Part shown: piece after piece, positions 6,311-9,403 of the stretch
Numbering within the stretch: position 1 is the first letter of the stretch
How the letters are laid out: every line of letters begins with the position of its first letter
DNA from: a virus
Lineage: Duplodnaviria; Heunggongvirae; Uroviricota; Caudoviricetes
Reading direction: 5' to 3' (one strand)
Length of the DNA: 9,403 bases
Virus record (IMG/VR): IMGVR_UViG_2531839146_000012
The notes under the pieces: model-generated
What the model was told of the DNA's origin: nothing
Databases searched by the model: none
The model's input: only the letters and a program-made list of their open reading frames with translations
Position numbers and translations under genes: made by a program

Positions 6311-6649
6311 ATGAACAAAAACACGTATGACACAATTTACTCACTAATTAATTATTATGAGGATGATTACCTCCTGCCTTTAAACCGCGCTGAACTTGAA
6401 GCATACAAAGAAAACACGCCAGCGGCACTAAATGAGGCGTTTAAACACTGGGATTTAGCTGTGAATGCCTTTGAGCACCTCTCTAAGCGTGTAGAGATGC
6501 TCTGTAAGCGTGAGAACGCATATCTAACAGCGGATCAGCTATTTGAGCTATCAAACTGGATAGAAGGTATTGAATCGGACGTTCGCTATGTGGGAGATGG
6601 CCTTGTCGAACTAGCTCAACGCTTAGGCGCTACTATCACAGAAGAATAA
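6311..6649 (+). CDS. Acidic hypothetical protein (112 aa)
   Basis: GGAG at 6298-6301 then ATG 6311. The track start at 6284 would overlap the upstream gene and lacks an RBS. About 21 Asp/Glu versus 10 Lys/Arg by count. Confidence 0.7.
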   Translation: MNKNTYDTIYSLINYYEDDYLLPLNRAELEAYKENTPAALNEAFKHWDLAVNAFEHLSKRVEMLCKRENAYLTADQLFELSNWIEGIESDVRYVGDGLVELAQRLGATITEE

Positions 6650-6678
6650 AAAAAGCAACAAAAAAGTTGTAAAATATC

Positions 6679-6707
6679 TTGACATTTCATATATTGTATG
6701 TTAATAT
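6679..6707 (+). promoter_or_regulatory. Strong sigma70-like promoter ahead of the late genes
   Basis: -35 TTGACA (6679-6684), 17-bp spacer, -10 TAATAT (6702-6707). Confidence 0.6.
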
Positions 6708-6714
6708 AATTATA

Positions 6715-6932
6715 TAGGGTGATTATTTTTCCTTTATTGGTTCGATATTAAAAATTCTTCTTGTCGTTAAAGGGGAGTAAAATCTCCGCTCCCCGCTTCT
6801 CCTCCTTAAGTAATACTGTGTCATTATTACCTCTTTCCTTTGTTATGCATACATCTTGGAGTGTGCATAACATAGGGTAATTACATAGGTACAAGTTAAT
6901 AAAAGGCGGCTTTAAATGCTGCCTTTTATTTT
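6715..6932 (+). ncRNA. Candidate roughly 220-nt leader / small RNA from the promoter to the intrinsic terminator; no ORF
   Basis: Promoter at 6679-6707 and terminator at 6901-6932 with no ORF over 11 codons between them. Alternative hairpins GGGGAG...CTCC...CTCCCC (6772-6794) and a 9-bp stem TGTTATGCA / TGCATAACA (6841-6849 / 6865-6873). Confidence 0.35.
6901..6932 (+). terminator. Rho-independent terminator
   Basis: Stem AAGGCGGC (6903-6910) / GCTGCCTT (6918-6925, one G-U pair), loop TTTAAAT, then TTATTTT. Confidence 0.6.
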
Positions 6933-6994
6933 GCCCGTTATGCAACTTAAAAGTTGTATTTCTTACTTTAAACAAGGTAACAAGGTTTATATAA

Positions 6995-7207
6995 ATGTTG
7001 TTCTTAAATGATAAAGAGCAAATCATCAAGTATCGCGATGAAATGCTAAAGATCAATCCACAAATTACCGAAATGGTAGCTAAATACGCTGGGTGTTCTG
7101 TCGAGGAAGTAGAAAGATGTGTTGAAAAATATTTTTCTCCTTCTTCTCCGTCTACACCTTCCCTTAATGAATTAATCAAATTAAAAGCTAAGGAGATTAC
7201 TAAATGA
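6995..7207 (+). CDS. Small hypothetical protein (70 aa), first late gene
   Basis: ATG 6995 with a weak AAGG RBS; its stop overlaps the next start (ATGA at 7204-7207), suggesting translational coupling. Confidence 0.5.
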   Translation: MLFLNDKEQIIKYRDEMLKINPQITEMVAKYAGCSVEEVERCVEKYFSPSSPSTPSLNELIKLKAKEITK

Positions 7208-7566
7208 TTATTGATTTAGACACTCTGTTTCCAGTTCGAAAGACTTTCACAGATATTGTAAGTTATTGTACTGATCCGTTTGCCTCTGTAGAAAGCAAGG
7301 TTTTTGCTTCTCTTCCTGCTGATGTTGAGTGCGGAGACTTGATCACCAGCACTGGCGCTAAATATGAATCAGGAGATGATATCTATGTTGTTATGAGTGA
7401 ATTTGTAACGGCTGGAGCAAACAAGCCTGTAGATGTGCTACGTAGCAATGCTGGGCTTGTATGCATCAAAGCTGATGCCCTGAATGCTGTAAGTGAAGCA
7501 GCAAAAGCAGCATTAATTAAAAAAGGCTTTCAGCTTGAAGGGTTCCATTCTGTTTTCACTTCTTAA
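7204..7566 (+). CDS. Hypothetical protein (120 aa) immediately upstream of the capsid homolog; possible head accessory (decoration or scaffold-like), unproven
   Basis: AAGGAG at 7191-7196, ATG 7204. The accessory-protein role is suggested by position only. Confidence 0.7.
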   Translation: MIIDLDTLFPVRKTFTDIVSYCTDPFASVESKVFASLPADVECGDLITSTGAKYESGDDIYVVMSEFVTAGANKPVDVLRSNAGLVCIKADALNAVSEAAKAALIKKGFQLEGFHSVFTS

Positions 7567-7584
7567 TAAAAGGAATAATAATAA

Positions 7585-8613
7585 ATGATTCTAGGTAATG
7601 ATTACGTTGATTTAGCTCCTCTGTTCTCTGCGCATAGCACTAGAAATTATCTGCTTTCTACTCTTGATTTTACGGATTCTGTAGGGGTTACATCTCATAA
7701 AGTGGCTGTTAGCCAACTGGTGGAAACTAACGAATCTCTGTTCAACAAAGAAACCTCTCGTTTCTCTTCTGAACATAACGTGACTAAGCGTGAACAAGGT
7801 AAAGAATATCTGATTGAAATCCCGTACTTTTTAAGGGAAGACCTGATCAAACCGCAGGACGTGCAAGGCAAACGTAAACCTGGCACTGATTTTCAGGAAA
7901 CACTCACTGATATTTATGCTGACTATGTTGCTAAACACAATGTTGCATTCCAGCGTACAAAAGAGAGCGTGTTGGCGGCTTCTTTGTTCTCTGGCAAAAC
8001 TTACACGCCTAAAACTGATGATGTTCTTATCGAATGGGGCAAGCTGTTTAACGTATCAGCTATGAAAGCCACTGTGAACGCTTCCAGCACTGACACCACG
8101 AAGATTTTTAAAGAATTTGATCAGATTGCTACTGACATTATCGAGAAAGCACAAAGCCAGGCGGCTGCTGTAGAGCGTATTGTTGTTTTCTGTAAGCCGG
8201 AAGCCTTCTCTGCAATTCGATTCTCTGCTGGTATGGCAAACGCATTCCAGTATGTAAGCCCACTGGAAGAGGGGAACGTTGTGTATCAGCGTCGTGACCT
8301 GCTGCCAGGGGTGACAGCGTTCACTATTCCAGGAACTAACATTGATGTTATTAAACTGGTAGATCCGCTACACCTGGCACATATGACCGCAGACGCTGTA
8401 GCGATTCCGAAGTTTGCTAAAGGCTCTAACGTATATCAGAACATCTACGGGGCTGCTTCCAGCACTTTTGAACTGATTAATGCCGATCCTACTGAGGTCT
8501 ATAGCTACAGCTATGAATCTTCTCGTGGTGATGCTGTGAACGTTGTTACAGAGAATAGCCAGATGGTTGTTAACCACGGTGTAGGCTTCTCCGTTCAAAT
8601 CACTGTTAAATAA
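7585..8613 (+). CDS. Putative phage major capsid protein, T7 gp10-like (342 aa)
   Basis: AAAAGGA RBS, ATG 7585. By eye, the segment AVERIVVFCKPEAFSAIRFSAGMANAFQYVSPLEEGNV aligns with T7 gp10 ...ADRVFYCDPDSYSAILAALMPNAANYAALIDPEKGSI (shared R, C-x-P, SAI, M-x-NA-x-x-Y, P-x-E-x-G) at a similar position in a protein of near-identical length (342 vs 345 aa; T7 sequence from memory). Followed by a strong terminator. Confidence 0.6.
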   Translation: MILGNDYVDLAPLFSAHSTRNYLLSTLDFTDSVGVTSHKVAVSQLVETNESLFNKETSRFSSEHNVTKREQGKEYLIEIPYFLREDLIKPQDVQGKRKPGTDFQETLTDIYADYVAKHNVAFQRTKESVLAASLFSGKTYTPKTDDVLIEWGKLFNVSAMKATVNASSTDTTKIFKEFDQIATDIIEKAQSQAAAVERIVVFCKPEAFSAIRFSAGMANAFQYVSPLEEGNVVYQRRDLLPGVTAFTIPGTNIDVIKLVDPLHLAHMTADAVAIPKFAKGSNVYQNIYGAASSTFELINADPTEVYSYSYESSRGDAVNVVTENSQMVVNHGVGFSVQITVK

Positions 8614-8630
8614 TATTTAACGTGTAATAG

Positions 8631-8664
8631 AGGCGTGGCGTGTATTCACGCTTCGCCTTTTTTT
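8631..8664 (+). terminator. Rho-independent terminator after the capsid-like gene
   Basis: AGGCG-TG-GCGTG / loop TATT / CACGC-TT-CGCCT, followed by a 7-T run (8658-8664). Confidence 0.7.
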
Positions 8665-8698
8665 ATTTATTTTTTAAATTTTGAGAGGTGATTAAAAT

Positions 8699-8902
8699 AT
8701 GGAAGTGATTCTGAAATCAAAAAATGGTGTACACGTACATTTAGATGCTAATGATTCTAGAGGATTGTTAAATCTGAAATATCTATGTTCTCTCCTAGAT
8801 GTTCCATATGAAGGAGTAAAAGCCCGTATGTTCAGACTAAACGAGAGTATTGATCAAGCTCTACACCATTTCTTAAGCAAAGAAGGTGATAAAAATGATT
8901 AA
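8699..8902 (+). CDS. Small hypothetical protein (67 aa)
   Basis: AGAGG RBS, ATG 8699, stop 8900-8902. Confidence 0.5.
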   Translation: MEVILKSKNGVHVHLDANDSRGLLNLKYLCSLLDVPYEGVKARMFRLNESIDQALHHFLSKEGDKND

Positions 8903-8916
8903 TAAGGGGATTTTAA

Positions 8917-9183
8917 ATGTTAGAAATTAACACTTCTAAAATTAAGAACACAGTTACATTTAGTGTAGATAAAGACAGCTTGAAAAAAGCGAAAGACTCT
9001 ATTACAGGCTTAAAGGAATTCGCAGAAAACATCAAGCCAGCTAAATTAAGGTTTGATAATGTCACTAAAGGCTATAAGAAAGCACAAAGTGAAGTAGATA
9101 AGATTACTAAAAAGCAAGCCCAGGCTGATAAAGCTAATGCTAAAGCACAATTAGCCGCTCAACGTGTAGTTGCAAGAGGGTAA
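8917..9183 (+). pseudogene. Lys/Ala/Gln-rich (coiled-coil-like) protein gene truncated by the IS1 insertion
   Basis: AAGGGGA RBS, ATG 8917. The frame runs into the IS1 terminal inverted repeat starting at 9179, and the stop TAA (9181-9183) is supplied by the IS1 end GGTAATGAC. Translation ends ...AQLAAQRVVARG. Confidence 0.5.
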
Positions 9184-9403
9184 TGACTCCAACTTATTGA
9201 TAGTGTTTTATGTTCAGATAATGCCCGATGACTTTGTCATGCAGCTCCACCGATTTTGAGAACGACAGCGACTTCCGTCCCAGCCGTGCCAGGTGCTGCC
9301 TCAGATTCAGGTTATGCCGCTCAATTCGCTGCGTATATCGCTTGCTGATTACGTGCAGCTTTCCCTTCAGGCGGGATTCATACAGCGGCCAGCCATCCGT
9401 CAT
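9179..9403 (-). mobile_element. IS1 right end (partial; continues beyond the window)
   Basis: 9179 onward reads GGTAATGACTCCAACTTATTGATAGTGTTTTATGTTCAG..., the reverse complement of the canonical IS1 right terminus including the GGTAATGACTCCAACTTATTGAT inverted repeat. Confidence 0.9.
9194..9403 (-). CDS. insB: IS1 transposase InsB, C-terminal fragment
   Basis: Track [72 protein letters not shown] is the recognisable C-terminus of IS1 InsB; stop at 9196-9194. Confidence 0.9.
   Translation of the reverse strand: MTDGWPLYESRLKGKLHVISKRYTQRIERHNLNLRQHLARLGRKSLSFSKSVELHDKVIGHYLNIKHYQ

Noticed and set aside
6748-7179. Minus-strand 143-aa ORF
   Set aside because: It spans the terminator, the leader region and the first late gene on the opposite strand, and its translation is low complexity. 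Judged spurious.
7612-8598. Minus-strand ORFs inside the capsid-like gene (7612-7797, 7695-7886, 8368-8598)
   Set aside because: Antisense to the best-supported gene in the window, with no RBS.

Overview
This is an AT-rich accessory island bounded by two different insertion sequences: the 3' end of an IS21-family element on the left (istB tail, 1-149) and the right end of IS1 on the right (9179-9403, insB tail on the minus strand). No searches were run, so every product call rests on reading the translations by eye. Between the two IS ends, in order: (1) two small convergent ORFs sharing a hairpin (243-620); (2) a gene for a secreted cysteine-rich protein (1015-1566); (3) about 2.8 kb with no convincing coding capacity but packed with at least four repeat families: ATTACACAGGG-type motifs in direct and inverted orientation, GGAAAT-G-ATTTCC palindromes, five tandem 22-bp repeats framed by an exact 16-bp direct repeat and AT-rich DNA, and phased TAAATA motifs; (4) an early-type operon of six small proteins (4360-6649), including a ribbon-helix-helix protein and a winged-HTH protein whose C-terminus (EDFDIPF) closely resembles the E. 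coli SSB tail (DDDIPF); (5) a strong sigma70-like promoter followed about 220 nt later by an intrinsic terminator, placed directly upstream of (6) a late-type operon containing a 342-aa protein with by-eye similarity to the phage T7 gp10 major capsid protein; (7) two further small genes, the last disrupted by the IS1 insertion. No integrase, terminase, portal, tail or polymerase gene is visible in the window. My reading is a degraded or satellite-like phage-derived element (or phage-plasmid fragment) with an iteron-type origin or centromere region, silenced or trapped between IS elements. The most unusual parts are the repeat-dense non-coding hub, the SSB-tail mimic and the promoter-leader-terminator control cassette.
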